Of a stretch of DNA of 64,000 nucleotides, positions 14,216 to 28,358 are shown piece by piece. The position numbers and the translations under genes are program-made. Each line of letters opens with the position of its first letter. Position 1 is the stretch's first letter. The notes below the pieces were generated by a model, which did not search any database, had not been told where the DNA came from, and saw only the letters and a list, made by a program, of their open reading frames with translations. Origin of the DNA: the human T2T-CHM13v2.0 reference genome, Homo sapiens; assembly GCF_009914755.1 (NCBI RefSeq), contig NC_060942.1, one strand, 5' to 3'.

Positions 14216-14480
14216 AGTATACTAGTCCATATTCATGCTGCTTATAAAGACATACCTGAGACTAGGAAGAAAAAGAGGTTTAATGGACTTACAGTCCCAC
14301 ATGGCTGGGGAGGCCTCACAATCATGGCAGAAGGCAAGGAGGAGCAAGTCACATCTTACATGGAGGGTAGAAGGCAAAGAGAGAGAGCTTGTGCAGGGGA
14401 ACTGCTCCCATGACATGTGGGAATCGTGGGAGTTACAATTCAAGATGAGATTTGGGTGAGGACACAGCCAAACCATATCA
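14216..14480 (-). mobile_element. THE1C/D solo LTR (ERVL-MaLR) with internal deletion
   Basis: Ends GATGAGATTTGGGTGAGGACACAGCCAAACCATATCA (reverse complement of the THE1 5' end); about 265 bp. Confidence 0.9.
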
Positions 14481-17400
14481 GCAACACATTCACATATTAG
14501 TTGAATAACTAAAATTACCTAAAACAAATTATGCCAGTAACATGTTACATTGCTATTCCCCTGCTTGTTCACATACAAACATGCACACATGTGCACATAC
14601 ACATACATACACACAAACCCAGGACAGATTCTGTATGATTGGTTTAATGAATATGAAATTAGAAGTCTAGATTTAAAGTGTACACATGCAAAAAACAAAA
14701 ACAAACTCTTCTTGAGTGACCTGGAGTCATGTGTTCATGTTTATCATATGAAATAAGTTGTCACTAGGATAATATCAACCTAGCAAGAGTCGCATCACAT
14801 GAAATTCCCTGATGAGGTTTTAGAATTTAGAGAAAACATTTCCTTTAGGTTCTCTGACAAAGAACAAACTCTTGAACTTGTATTTGAAAAAATGAGAAAG
14901 TGCTGGGAAGAGCCAGGTTTGGGAGTAAGGGTGCAGGGAGTAGAGGAGGAAGGCCAGTAGGTGCAAGGAATCGTGGGCTGATCTGAGCCACTATCTTCTC
15001 TCTGCTCCATGTCTTCATCTATATCATGGTCTAAACACAACCACACCCACCTCATGGAAACATGGTGAGGGTCATCTGGACAGCATACACAAACTCTCTT
15101 TTGGAAGTATGCAATGCTTTACAAATACCAGGCATTGTTACCCACAACTTGATGCTTAACCAATAAACACAAGATTGATGTGCTTTTACTAACCATAAAA
15201 AGTGAGGGTAAAACTAGAAAAGGAACACTCAGTAAATGAGGAATGAGTTTCATAATTTCTGATGCCTGTGACTGTATATCCGGCACTGACAGTGTGTTTC
15301 TGTAACTGAGGTCAGTTAAATGGCCAATGTTAGGCAGCATAAAGCTAAAAATACATGACATTGTTTTTGATTATTACCATTACATTATAAGTAAAATACT
15401 CTGCTCCAAATGATAATTGTTTATCTTCAATGACGAAAGTCTGAATCTGATAAGACGGGAAGAAATTTTTATCAGAGGACCCTTTAACTGGATGTATATT
15501 GGACCAGGATTTTAAGAAGATTTATTCTTCTTCTCTCTCAAACAAAATAATAGCTACTCTGTTCTTTGCTTTTGCTCTCAAGCCTGAAGATGATTTGTGC
15601 CAAGCAGAGATCTGAATCTAATGTTTTCATGTTGTTTTAACATAGTTTTCATTTTTAATCTGTAGATAATCCTAATATAATAGACTGTGAATCAATATTT
15701 ATAAGTGAATTTTAATCTTTTATAGCAGATCCATTAACAAACCCCAAATTTATTGAGCCATAAAAGTTAGGCCAAGCTATGGCATGTAGTATAGTCTTAT
15801 AGTTCCCAATTGAATCACTAGGCAGCGTAGATATGTTGCTTCACACTGCACAAGTGCTCTCAAAAAAAAAAAAAGTAGTATATTTGTCTCCTCTTTTACT
15901 TTTCCTTGGGATAAACACAGAAACAGTAAAAAGGGGCTAAGGCACCGCAGGGGATGCAAAGCAGACAGGCTACACAGCCTACAAGGGAGGCTATTACAGA
16001 GTTACAGTGGCTGTTGCAGGGCAACCAGCTGTGCATCTAGAATGAGCTGGTGTAAACGAGGTGCTTTTAATCTGGGAACAACATTTTTTTTCCTTGGATG
16101 TTACTTCATTTCCCTTCAATTTTTATTAGGACATTTTCAAAATTTATCCTCCCACCACCAGATGTGCAAACAATAAATATAATAGTGGTTTTGCCCCCTT
16201 AGCTTTTTTTTTTTTTTTTTTACTGTTTGAATTGAAAAAAGGCAAGTACAGTCAGAGCTGCTCAGCTAAGTGTTTCTGGGCCCCTAATTCAACCAAAAAA
16301 GGTCATGAGAATGTGTGCAATACTCCCTCTACCTACTTTAATGGTGTGTGCTGTTCATCACTCAATATTCTTGGACAAGTTTCCTCCCTCCAGTCCCTCA
16401 GCTACCTAATTAGTGAAGCACAGACACCTATGTGTATAACACAGAAACGCAGAAAATAAGAAGGTACTTTCAGAAGAAGCGTTTGAGGTGTTGGCTGTCA
16501 TACGGACCTAAGATTTCATATGGAGAAAATGCAGACTTTTTAAGTCTAGCACTTTAAACTGTTGCTGTCTTTTGTAAAATTGACCAAACCACTGGAGCAC
16601 ATGAAATAAATCAGCAGACCATGACAAAATACTACCACTTTGTAGTATCCTTAAAATTCCCTTTCAAGGTTAAGAGTTGTTAAGAATTGCCCTAACTCTC
16701 CCTATTTTTTTTAGAGATTAATGAAATCATTGCACTGTGGAAACCAGAGGAATTGCTGAAATAATTTAGCAGTTTTTCTGACTTTCCTGGAGACCTGAGT
16801 TGGTGATCAGTTGCCAAAGGTCATATGGCCTGTGTGAGGGATAGCCTGAACCAACACTCACATCTCTGTATATTATCATGCAAATATATATTGTTTTGAC
16901 AAATAAGATAATTTGCATTTTCTGTCTGTTTCTCCATGGGCATGCATACTCATTAGTTCAAAACTGAAGAGCAATTTTGCAAAGTAGCAGTGAGATGCAG
17001 CGCCCCAGATTAGATGTCCTTGACATCTCCTGGCTTGAAAAAAACATATTCAAAAACTGTTCAGCTCCCCAAGAACCAGGTGATTCTTCTTTCTGCCTCC
17101 AATACTCATCGCTGAGCTGAAGGAACTGCCTGACACACCAGTCTCTTGACGGACAACGTACACCCCCATCTTGCTCTATACACCCCCAGGCTTGCATGTG
17201 CCTCTGGTCTGGCTTACTGAAATGTTTTTACACAAAAATATTGTACTACCTCTTTTAATATGATGCTCCTTCTTTCAAAGATAATTTTTAACATGCTGAC
17301 CATATTTCTAATTTGGGAAGGAAGTCAGTAAGTGTTTAATGTCTAAACTCATTGGCCTAGTACCTTGCTGTGGAAACAAAATAATTTTTCTTTTTAATTT

Positions 17401-18869
17401 AAGAATCCTAGTTCTCAGAACTACAGTGAAAAGATAAATTTAAAAAGTTCCAGAGGATGGAAAAAAAGAAAAAGAGATGTGGAGAAAAGAAGAGTGGAGG
17501 GCATGGGCCTTTGTGACCAAGTTTAAGCTGCTTTCTGTAACTCCTCTTTAATGCCTCAAATGCCTAGAATCTTTACCAGCCCTAAGAGTTTAAGTTTCCA
17601 TCATGTTATCCTAAAATTGCTTGCTTTCTTCTACAAAGACATAGTTCCATGAGTGCATGAATCCTTGTGTACTGAAGGCCAACTCTCTCCCTAGAATATT
17701 CCAGAATTCCCTGTGCCCCTAGTTCATAAGTCTTAGCCTGTCAATGACCTACCTTCTCATCAGAAGTTGATGGACTAACTACACTGAAGAGAAGTCTCTG
17801 CTATTCTGTGGGTTGCTAAGCCCACAGACTCCTTGTGAAAGGCCCCTCACTCACAATTGGAATGGGTTACGACCTGTGTCTCTGCCTCTCTGGGCACAGT
17901 TGATGGAAAAGGGGTGAAAAGTCACCAAGCAGAAGAAAACTTTGATTTGCTTATCAAATCAAAGTTGTCCAGGATCTCATGAGGTAACTAGACATGAAAG
18001 CACTGCCAACAAGGGCATTTTATGGTGGTGACTGGACATGCATTCAACTCTTTGATCAATTCTTTGTTGGAATGTGTGAATGCAGTACACAGAGAGAAGG
18101 ATCAATACAGCAGCATGGCATAGTCAATGCAATGCAGAGAGAAAAGGTATCAAGTAGAACCATGAGTAAGAAATTACTAGAAGGAAACAGAAGAAAAGTG
18201 AATTTGGTGCTAATAACCAGAGAAGTGGTACTAGTAGAAAGAGAGAACATTCAATGTCCATAGTGGACAGCATTATTGTGAGGTCACAGGCAAACTTTAC
18301 TGAGGGGCTATTCTAAGTCTTGTGGTTGAGTCACAGGAGATTCCATCTGATCTCTAGAGTTAACCAAAAATAAATGCTAGCAATTGTTTCCATCCATAAG
18401 GGTTGTAAATGAGGTTCCAGGTGCCACACAGCCTTGAAGAGTATCTGCTGGAATGTTTTACATTTCTTCCTTTCTTTCTCAAGTTTTTCTGCAGTAAATC
18501 TTTATTATCTGAAGTAAATTTACACATAAGTGAGGGCCAATGTATTCTGCCGCACATTGACATACATGTTGGTAAATTTAACTCCATAATTTTGGAAAAA
18601 TGCTCTGCATCAAATAATCTATACGTTTTTTCCTGTTTCCAAACCTAGTTCAACTACATCACATATTTATTAGAAGAATTATCAAAACTCAAATATGAAA
18701 TGTAAGATACTTATATTTTAATTATGAGATAAAGAGGGAGTCATAAAAGATGTAAGAGCTGAAAGGCTGGTCAAGGAAAGTCATATATACTTAGAAATGT
18801 ATTAATATTAATATTAATTAATACATTAGAAATATATTAATATTGTATTAATATTGGTATAGAACTTGC

Positions 18870-19110
18870 TGTTTACTAATCACCATTTTAAGCACATACC
18901 TGCTATATTAAAGATATTAACTCTATAAATTTTAACTCACATAATCTTCATAACAACCTTGCAAAATAGATACTATTGTCCTTATTTTATAGATGAGAAC
19001 CAGGGAACAGAGTTGAAGTTACTTGCCAAAGGCCTCACAGTAGGTGAGGGCAAGAGCTATACTGTGAACTCAGGAATCTTCCAGAGTAGAGCCTCTCATC
19101 CACTACATTA
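18870..19110 (-). mobile_element. MIR SINE
   Basis: AATCTTCATAACAACCTTG...CTATTGTCCTTATTTTATAGATGAG...ACTTGCCAAAGG core. Confidence 0.8.
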
Positions 19111-19202
19111 ATGATGCCTCTAAATTCAAAATTGAACTTAAACTTTGACCAATTACCAAATATTTATTAAGCATCTCTGATAAACAATGTGAAGCCATGC
19201 GT

Positions 19203-19254
<52 letters not shown>
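19203..19254. repeat. (CA)n microsatellite with one CG interruption
   Basis: Directly visible. Confidence 0.97.
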
Positions 19255-19255
<1 letters not shown>

Positions 19256-21893
19256 ATGTATAATCTTGGTCGTGTGTCCAAATTGTGAAGACAGTAAATA
19301 AAATTAACTTTACATTAATGTTATTCTACTTTTTTGTTTTTGTAGTTTTTAAAGCTATTTATTCAACGCTAACTAGTCAAGCCATATTCTCAGTATTTTA
19401 AAGATAACATCTCTAAACATAATAGTAATTCTGTGAGGCCTCTCTCCACTTTATCATTCAGGCAACCAGGCTTAGGGAGACTAGCGACTTTCAGTTCACA
19501 GTCACACAGATAATGAGGAAAATGTCCCCAAAATAAACATAAAGCTATAGACACTGTCTTGGTATTCAGATAAATAAAAAATTAATATGGCCATTAAGAA
19601 ATAGCTTCAAAGGGGAAGCCAGATTTGACCTTTATTTTATTTTTTAATATATGCATCTAATGATGGGTAATATTCCCAAGAGCTGAGAGGTGAGGTGGGG
19701 TTGGAACTATCCTTTCTATGAAGGAACTGGGAAAATCATCACGACCAAGGATCTGGAGACATTTTGGCTGGCGGAGAAAGAGTAGGACATAAATTTGAAT
19801 AAATCAGGTGAAGCCCTATTAAAGATGTCCTGAAAAAAAGCAGAGGAGTTTGGACTTAATATAATAAGAAATAAGACTGTGAAGGTTGTTGAGAGGCAGA
19901 GGATATGATAAAAGCAGTGCTTGGGGAAGATTAATCTGTCAACAGTTTACAGGATAGATGCTATTTTAAAGATTGTATATTGTTATGGTACTTTATGTTT
20001 CCTTGGGGGTGTTTTGTATATATTTTTCTCTCCTCTGTTAGATTATAAACTCCTGTAAGGCATAGCCTGTGCTTTCAGCTTACATTTTCAATTTCCCACA
20101 GTGTTTAGCCGGTGCTGGTCTGTTACTCTTGATGGTTAGGAGTGCAGAAAAGCCACCTAATGATGGGAAATATTCAAATATTTCAAGCTACTAAGTACAA
20201 AGCAACAGTGTCTTTCCTAGGCTAAATTAAAATAATTCTCTTTTTTTTCTGAGTTAGAGATTTTTGTACCCTGAGTTCAATATCATGAGAAGTTATTTAA
20301 AAGGAGGGGAAAATGAAGAAGGAAAAGAAGAGGAAGAAGAGACGATGCCTACAAGAGATAGATTTGTTAAGGCACAGAGACTCTAATAATGTGAGAAATG
20401 CCCTCTAATTCCATGTGGGTAGAAGATTGAATAACTTTGCTAATCACAAAGACTGGGAACTGAAAAGATCACAGAGCCAGATCACACAGGTCTATAATTA
20501 TAGCCAAAATAATTTCCCCCCATATTCCAATTCTGCTCATGTGGCAAGCAGCAGCTCTGTGAAGCAATGTGTAGAAGACTGTGATGCCACTCCTGGGTTT
20601 CGATTATAGAAAAAAAAGGTAAAAATAATGTATGCCCTGGTATGGGATGAGACGATGATAGCACATAAGCCCTGTCTTTGTCAATCTCAACTTAGTTTGA
20701 TCTCAGTTTTCTTAACTGAGAAGAAACTGAGACCCAGAGTGAAGTAACTAATCCCAAATAGCTTGTAAATGGAGGACCCAAGAGTAGAGTTTTTCATTGC
20801 AGGGACACATTTAGCCTTTGTTCACTATTTGAATACCCCACATGCCATTTTGTTCAGTACATTGGGATTCTTTATTTATCTCCATCCTCCAAAAGCATAA
20901 AGCTAAATGACAACTTTTGACCCAAACATTCATAATACCAGAGGTTTTTCTTGATGTCCTTATAGGTGGAAGCACAAGCTTCTTTTGCCTCCAGAGTCTG
21001 ATTTTCCAGTCCTCTGTGATGCTAGATTTGCCAAAGGGAAATAACTGAATATCCTCTGGGGCAAACCAGCATCTGTAGAAGCTGCTGCATTCAACACCTG
21101 CTTAATGCCTGCAGTGTGAAAGTAATTTATCCTTCTAATTTTATAGTGTAACAGATCAAATCTTTCCTTCATACCTAACTTTCAGGCCTGATTCCTTATG
21201 CATACACACTTCCCTGGGTAAAGGAAACATCTTTGTTTCTGAGGTTTCTTTATGATCATGGCTAGTCCCTACTTAGATAATCTCCTCCACCTCCACAGTG
21301 GTACTCTTGGTAATGGGAAGTTCAGCTAGCAGTGTAGTTTACATCGCCATATACAGTCGGTTAATGGCTGCTTTATTAGGTATCTCCAGTGAGATGATGG
21401 GCCATCCGAGAGTATTAACACCTGGATTTACAGTCATCATGATGGAACACATGGAAGATCTTTACTAAGCTGAATTACTCAATAACATCTTAGAAACATA
21501 AATAATCAAGAAGCCTCATTTCAAGCCTAAAAGCCAGGAGTCTGTCTTGCTAATTGGCCATGATGGAGTTATAATAGTGAAATACAACACAGAAAAACTC
21601 TCTAGAAGGTTGTCTCAGGCATATAACTTCAATAAAGCAATGGTGATCCCATTTCTAGCCCCAAGTTCTTACGAAGCATTCCTTCAAATCAGCCCTATGT
21701 TTTGAGATGCAGATCTATGGGGAGGTATTTAAAATGTCTAGTTATTTCACAGAATACATAGAAAATAACTATCTCCATGTAATTAAATGTGAGCTCCACG
21801 ATAATTCCAAAAGTCTTCTAGCCTTCTCAGAATTAATTTATAGGCTTCAGGCACTAAATAAGATTAGTTAATTCATCAAAGAAATATCATAAA

Positions 21894-21973
21894 GTAGAAT
21901 AGAATAGAATAGAAATCAAAATAGAATCAAACAATTGATAATAGAATAAAAATCAAAATAGAATCAAACAATT
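21894..21973. repeat. (TAGAA)n plus a 37-bp-period tandem duplication
   Basis: ATAGAATA(G/A)AAATCAAAATAGAATCAAACAATT at 21904-21936 and 21941-21973. Confidence 0.9.
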
Positions 21974-22494
21974 TATAGCTATACTTTTGGAATAAAGAAG
22001 GAAAAAAGTAACATATAAATATAAGATTAGTCTGCAATTAGGCAATGGTTAATTTGACCAATGCCAATGATAATTACTCATTTCCCCAGTGTTAAAGTTT
22101 TATAATCATCAAACAATGGATCCTTAAAATGTAGATAAGGCAGGCAATGTTTTCATTTTACAAATTATGAAATAGACTCTGTTCTTTCCAGTCATGTGCT
22201 GTGATGGATTTTGATGTTTTACATGGCTCCAAAGCAAATAGGAATAGGAAGTATGGTTTATTCCCCCATGCTAATCTGGCTAGATTACCCTCTGGACTAT
22301 TGGTCACATCCTGACCATACCGTGTTAGTTTTTACAAAAAATAGCATTTACAGCTCAACCTGCATTACAAGGAAAAAATGACTATCAAGACTTCACAATA
22401 GTGGTCTTCAAAACATTACAAATTTCCAAATGTCAAAAATCGTGAGACATCTCCAAACCACATCAACAGTTAACAGAAAGTCATATTTGTCCCT

Positions 22495-23215
22495 TGAAAC
22501 TGCCTCTACAAAATTATAAAAGAGGAAATTATGTCAGTGGAAGAAATCAGACCTAACCGAATTTATCTTCCTTCTAACCTCTAAACTGTCTTCATACATT
22601 CCTGGGCATAGGCCAAACTAGCCTTGGGAAGGAATGTAGTTTATAGTTTAAACTCTGAAACAAAATAGATAATAGCCCTTCGCCAAAAATCCCTGTCTTG
22701 CCTGGGGACCAGTCTGCCTTTATAGTACTCACAAGTTAGCTACAAGATTGGATGTCATGGTTTGGGGGCCGTGCAGCCTTTGGCTGCAAGAGTCTGGACC
22801 TCTCCAAATTACTCCGGGGAGTAACACCGCTATTGTAAAACCTAAGATCAATGCTTGAGACATTTTGCAGACCCTGCACTTGATGGATCTGCTGACACCA
22901 CCCAGACCAGTAATCTGGCCCATCCAGTTCTGCCATCGCACCCAGGAACAGAAGACCTAACTTTAAGAAAACCTAACTTCGACCCCCTATGATTCTATCT
23001 CCAACCTGACCAATTAGCACTCCTCACTTCCCAAGCCCCTACACGCCAAATTGTCTTTAAAAACTCTGATCCCCAAATGCTAGGGGAGACTCATTTGAGT
23101 AATAATAAAACTCCAGTCTCCTGCACAGCTGGTTCTGCATGAATTATGCTTTCTCCATTGCAGTTCCCCTGTCTTGATAAATCGGTTCTGTCTAGGCAGC
23201 GGGTAAGTGGTTACA
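22495..23215 (+). mobile_element. LTR8/LTR8A solo LTR (ERV1)
   Basis: TGAAACTGCC...GGTTACA termini, AATAAA near 23104, 4-bp TSD CCCT on both sides. Confidence 0.9.
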
Positions 23216-25907
23216 CCCTCAGTTTTCTAAAATTATTTATATGTGATCAAGGTAAACATCCAGTTTGGGTCATTAGGGTAACTATGTATTTTTGAAATAA
23301 GTCAAATACTGTGTTCCTTCTTGAGTGCAAAGGAATTAAATAATTGCAAAAAGCTGATTATTTGTTTGATGCTCTGTTGCTACAGCTAAGCCCTTTCTAA
23401 TTTTATATATAGTGAGGCACATTATCACCATGGACAGAATATATGGTCTGCTGTAATCAATCCAAGGGGTTACAATGACTGTTTCTTGCCTTTTAAGGGT
23501 AAAAACCTGTGAAACGTTAACACCAGGAAGTGTTCTCCTTTTTCTCATCTGTCTTCCATTTTTCCTCATGCTCCTTCTTCCTTCCTAAGGCAATAGCCCT
23601 AGCCTTTCACTCTTTCATTAATACTGGAAGTTGGTTGTGTCCAATTATGATGACTCAATATTCTGATCTTAGCCATTTATGTCTACAAGCTTTCAAAGAT
23701 CTGGAAAGGCAGTAGCCCATCAAAAAATGTTCAGCAGATCTTAGGGTTTGCTGAAATAAGAAGGAATATATGCAAAGATATGGATTCACTTTTGGCAATA
23801 CTTTGCTGAAAATCTCCCCTACCAATATAATTGCTGTGTCAAGATGAAGGCAGAGCAGGAGGGAAAGCAACTAGAATAAGTTATCATCAAGAAGGGGAAT
23901 GAAGGGACACAATTTTAAGAAGCAATAGGGGACAGGCACCAGACGAATTTATGTTAGAGTCTTTGCAGGGAGAGTAATTAATACATTGCATATGGAATCA
24001 ACCCATTGAGGGATGCAATGGAAGTAATTAGCATGAAGTTTTAATAAAGGAGTTAGACATGTATTTAGAGGAAAGAGAATGCTGTGATGTACAATTAATA
24101 ACTCTGAGGCTGGGACGAGGCATACAGGACATGGGCTTTCTAGCTGCTTTTCCCTATTCACCCATCAGCCAGTCAGCTAAGAATGTGCCTTAGCGAACAT
24201 TTTCTACAGCAGGCTCCCAGGAGTGACTTGTCTGTGGAAATCAGGGAAATCTAAAAACAGCTCTGTTCTGTTTCAGAGAGGTAAATGAACCTTCTATGGA
24301 AAGCAAAGGTGTGAAAGGCTTTAGACAAACTCATTACAAGCTCCAGCACACACTTAGTGAATGGAATTGTGACTTAGAACCTCATACTGCCCAGTGTCCT
24401 TAGGGGCCAAGAATAACAGATAAAGTACAAAGACAGCACGTTCAATTAAATACTGTAAATGAATGGCAGTATGGCCCATCCTGCACTGTCATTTTTATTC
24501 TATCCCTGCCCAAAGGAATATAGGAAACCAAGACCATAAACTGGGACCATCACCCATAAACAATTGTATATATGGTCTCCTGCTTTTGAGCAAAGGATCT
24601 CTACAATTCCAGCATGAACTTCAAAATTAACAAATGTCACAGGTGAAATCTGTGGTTTGTAGTCAACTCTGGTCCATCATTTTAGGTAAATATGTGACTT
24701 CTTAGGTAAGAGTTTATCCTATTAACTACCTTTTATCTATGAATAACCAATTTGGTAAAACAAACTGCTCTAGGTTTAATTGTGCACATGAAGTTAGGTG
24801 GAAGTTATGTCTAGAGAATGTGTAGAAAAAACTAAGAAGTTCTTGAAAGGGCTAGAGAACAAATGAACTACCTAATTAAGTTCCTTCACCCCAACATCTT
24901 TTCATAGTGATGCCTGATATGTAAAATTTGTCATTAGTTATTTTGTGGAAAAGGCTTTCTGATAGTTGGATCTCACATTGACATATCTATCAATAAAAAC
25001 AGGTAAATTTTTACTGAGGTTTATTAGATTTACTGCTTATTCAGTATTTCATTTAATTGACATAACAATACAAGAAGATAGATATTAATGAGAGCATTTT
25101 ATAGAAAACAAAACTGTCTAAAGCTGGTAAGGGGCACAACCAATGTTCCAACTCAGCTCTTCCTAATGTCGAAGTCATGAAAATCTATCTCAGTGCTCTT
25201 TGAGAGCAAGATTTTCATGAAATGAAATTGTCAGATGAAAACCTAGGACAAGCAAAGGTGCAGGAAAGGAATATAGTGACTGAATAGAAAGAAGGAATGG
25301 CAGCAAAACAGCCACCCTTCTTCTCCTCCTCCCCTCTCTTCTTCCTCTTCACAATTGGAATGATTGGTTCTATCTATATCTGCTGTATTAATGACAATGA
25401 AAGGCAATAGAAATTGGTATTTGATCAAATATACAACATTTCTTTTCCTTTTTGGGTGAAAGATTGTAATACATTTTGCATCTTCTATGAAAAGAACCAG
25501 AGTCCAGTGTTATTTGGCACACACATAAAAGTGTTGAAAAAGAAGTGAGTAGTCCCTTTTTCCTTTTTAATCACTGCCCTTTTTCTAGAAGTGTAATATT
25601 CAGCAATGTGTCCCCTAAAAGAGGAGACCCTAATGTCCCTTAAATAATTATATGTATGAAAAAGTATACTTCATCTATTTGTCAAGCCATATATACAAGT
25701 ATTCAGAACTAGAAAAATAATTTTAAAAGATTTGAAAACCATGATGTTTTATAAGAGAGATGTTTCAGTTGGATTAATTGAGGAATGTGGGAATTCTTCC
25801 AGAACCCGGTTATAAAATATTATACTGTTTTATGAGACTCAAAATTGAATGGTGCAGATTACAGGTAAACCACATGAATACCCATAAAATAAAACTAGAT
25901 TTTAATT

Positions 25908-26640
25908 TTATTCATCCATTCATCCATTTCTTCATTCAACAAATGTTTAATAAACACCAATGTGCTGGTCACAGTGCTATGTGTGGGCCAGAGAATATTG
26001 AAAAACCAAATGTTTTGTCCTCATTGAGTTTACAGTCTGGTGAGGAAGACAATATGTAAGTAAAATAAGTATAATTTGTGATAAATGCTATGATGAGAAC
26101 AGTCCAGTTATAGGAAATAAATAAAGGGTTGGAGGAGTACATACGAATACAGGTAAAATTTGTCCAGGATGGTAAAACAATAGAAATAGCTATTCTGCTG
26201 TGATTCATGAGATCTCAAAGAAGAATGGAAGGCATCACATGGAGAAATAGAGTACTAGTATCTCTAGTTTATGGTTGAATGTGTGCAAAGACCTTGGAGT
26301 GGAAAAGAGATTATTTTGTTCTAAGGAATGCTGGAAACAAGTGTGGCTGGGGTACGGTGAGTGATGAGAAAAGCGAGCAGATGTGAAACTGGAGAGACAG
26401 GCTACACCAGCATGGCAGGAGAGAGGTTATATGATCCTACTTGTGTTATCTAGATGTCTTGGCTGAAAACTGAGCATAGACTCAGAGTCAGAGAAGATGC
26501 ACAGAAAGCAATAAATAATTTGCTACAGAATTTATCCAAGCTGTATTGATGGCTCGACATACAGGGATAGCAAGAGATGAGAAAAATTGAAAGATTACAA
26601 ACTTTTAGAATTGAGTGATTATCTTGATTAATTGGATATT
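25908..26640 (-). mobile_element. L2 fragment
   Basis: TTCATCCATTCATCC...TTCATTCAACAAATGTTTAATAAACACC (reverse complement of L2 tail) followed by purine-rich L2 body. Confidence 0.7.
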
Positions 26641-27025
26641 ATTTCAGAAACTGGTGATTGCTTGAAGATTGCTTTTTGGCATTGTTTGCTTTTGCTTTTT
26701 GCTTGTTTTTGGTCAGAAACACCATCCTTACTACTCTGAATTTAAGAGGTAGGAAAGGGGAAGTTTAAACTGAGAAACAAAGTAGTTTATAGGAGATCAG
26801 TGATTTTTACTGGGGCACCTGGATCTGCTTTCTCCAAAAGACTCAGAGGAGCAATCAGCATTGTCCTCTCGATTTTTACTGATTTGTAATATATTACCTG
26901 ACTTTGACAAGATTGCCTAAGAACTGCAAAATGATAGAGATTGCAGACCACTGATAGGTAAGACCAAGCTGTAGGGAGACAGGAAGGCACATGGGAAAAT
27001 CCACGGATAAAATACCCATGTAAGA

Positions 27026-27315
27026 GACCGTATGTCATGGCTCACACCTGTAATCCCAGCACTTTGGGAGACTGAGATGAGAGAACCACCTGAGGCTAGG
27101 AGTTTGAAATCAGCCTGGGCAGCATAGTGAAACCCTGTCTCTACAAAAAATAAACAAAAAACAAAAAATAAATAGTTGTGTATGGTGACATGTGCCTGTA
27201 GTCACATCTACTCAGGAGGCTGAAGTGGGAGGATTGCTTTTGCCCAGGAGGTGAAGGCTGCAGTAAGCTATGTTTGTACTCCAGCCTGAGCAACAGAATG
27301 AGACTTTGTCTCAAA
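27026..27315 (+). mobile_element. AluJ
   Basis: Dimeric Alu with J-type GGAGGATTGCTT and GGCTGCAGTAAGCTATG. Confidence 0.9.
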
Positions 27316-27688
27316 GTAGAAGAAGAAGGAGCAGGAGAGGCAGAGGGAGAGGGAGAGGGAGAGGGAGAGGGAGAAAGAGAAGGAGAAGAATAGGGAAAGG
27401 GAGAGGAAGAGGAACAAGAAGAAGAAGAAAAAGAGGAGGAAGAGGAAGAAGGAGAAGAGAAGACAGAGAACAGGAAGAGGAAGAAGGAAAAGAGGAGGAA
27501 GAAGAAGGAGGAATAGGAAGAAGGAGAAAAGAAGAAGAGGAGGAAGAGGAAGAAGGAGAAGAGAAGAAGAGGAAGAAGAAGGAGAAGAACAAGAAGAAGG
27601 AAGTACAAGAAGAAGAAGAAGAAGGAAGAAGAAGAAGAAGAAGAAGAAGGAGAAGGAGAAGAGAAGAAGGGGAGGAGGAGGAGAAAAA
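27316..27688 (+). repeat. About 370-bp polypurine (GAA/GGA/GAGAGG) low-complexity tract replacing the Alu tail
   Basis: Almost entirely G/A; includes (GAA)5 G (GAA)8 at 27609-27648. Confidence 0.95.
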
Positions 27689-28317
27689 CCCATGTGAGAA
27701 GAAACAAAGTGACTTCCATTCCTGCTTAGGTATCTGAGGCTGATTTCAGAGTTTGTAAGTGAAGAGACTTTGATCTTAGATGAGAAGAAGCAGGTAAAGC
27801 TGTTAAGAATCTGAAAGAAAACTGACTCAGTTGGCCAGAAGGACTCAGAAGTAGGAGTCTGGACAACAGTCTCCCGAGAGTGAAGAAACTGCACTGTTGC
27901 TGAGAAGCAGCTTCCCTGGTGCCTAGGAATGAAGTGCTTAGCTCAGTGATTGCTGAACTTCCCTCTATACAAAGTGCCATTTTCACTCATGTAGCTATTC
28001 ATTCAGGGAATATGAATTTACTGAGCCCCTTCTATGCTCTAGGCTGCAATCTCTAAGAAGTAGTAAGATAAGTTGTATTATTTTCTGTTTGGAAGGAAGA
28101 AAACAAGGCAGACAATTCCTCATGAGGCAACTCCAGGAGCTCTTGTTGGCTGCATTGCATAGTTACCTCTCATCTATCCTACCCAAACTCTCCCCTGTTT
28201 TCTCCTTACTGTCTCAGAGCTTCAGTTCCAGGTCACATGAAGTGAACAAGCCAGATGCCATCCTTCTCCTTCTCCTCATGGTACATTTAATCTTAGACCA
28301 TAGGGAGAGTGGGAATT

Positions 28318-28320
<3 letters not shown>

Positions 28321-28356
<36 letters not shown>
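28321..28356. repeat. (AC)n microsatellite
   Basis: Directly visible. Confidence 0.97.

Positions 28357-28358
<2 letters not shown>

Noticed and set aside
21297-21468. Open plus-strand frame VVLLVMGSSASSVVYIAIYSRL...
   Set aside because: No recognisable homology or linked exons; length is compatible with chance.
23647-23666. ATGATGA...CTGA box C/D-like pair
   Set aside because: Only about 20 nt in total with no terminal stem; far too short for a snoRNA.
27342-27374. (CCCTCT)n hexamer on the minus strand suggesting an SVA element
   Set aside because: No GC-rich VNTR or SINE-R; it is part of the Alu-tail polypurine tract.
27141-27894. Long ORFs of 155-208 aa on both strands
   Set aside because: Produced by the stop-free GA-rich tract plus Alu sequence; poly-F/S/L/R/E low complexity, no coding evidence.
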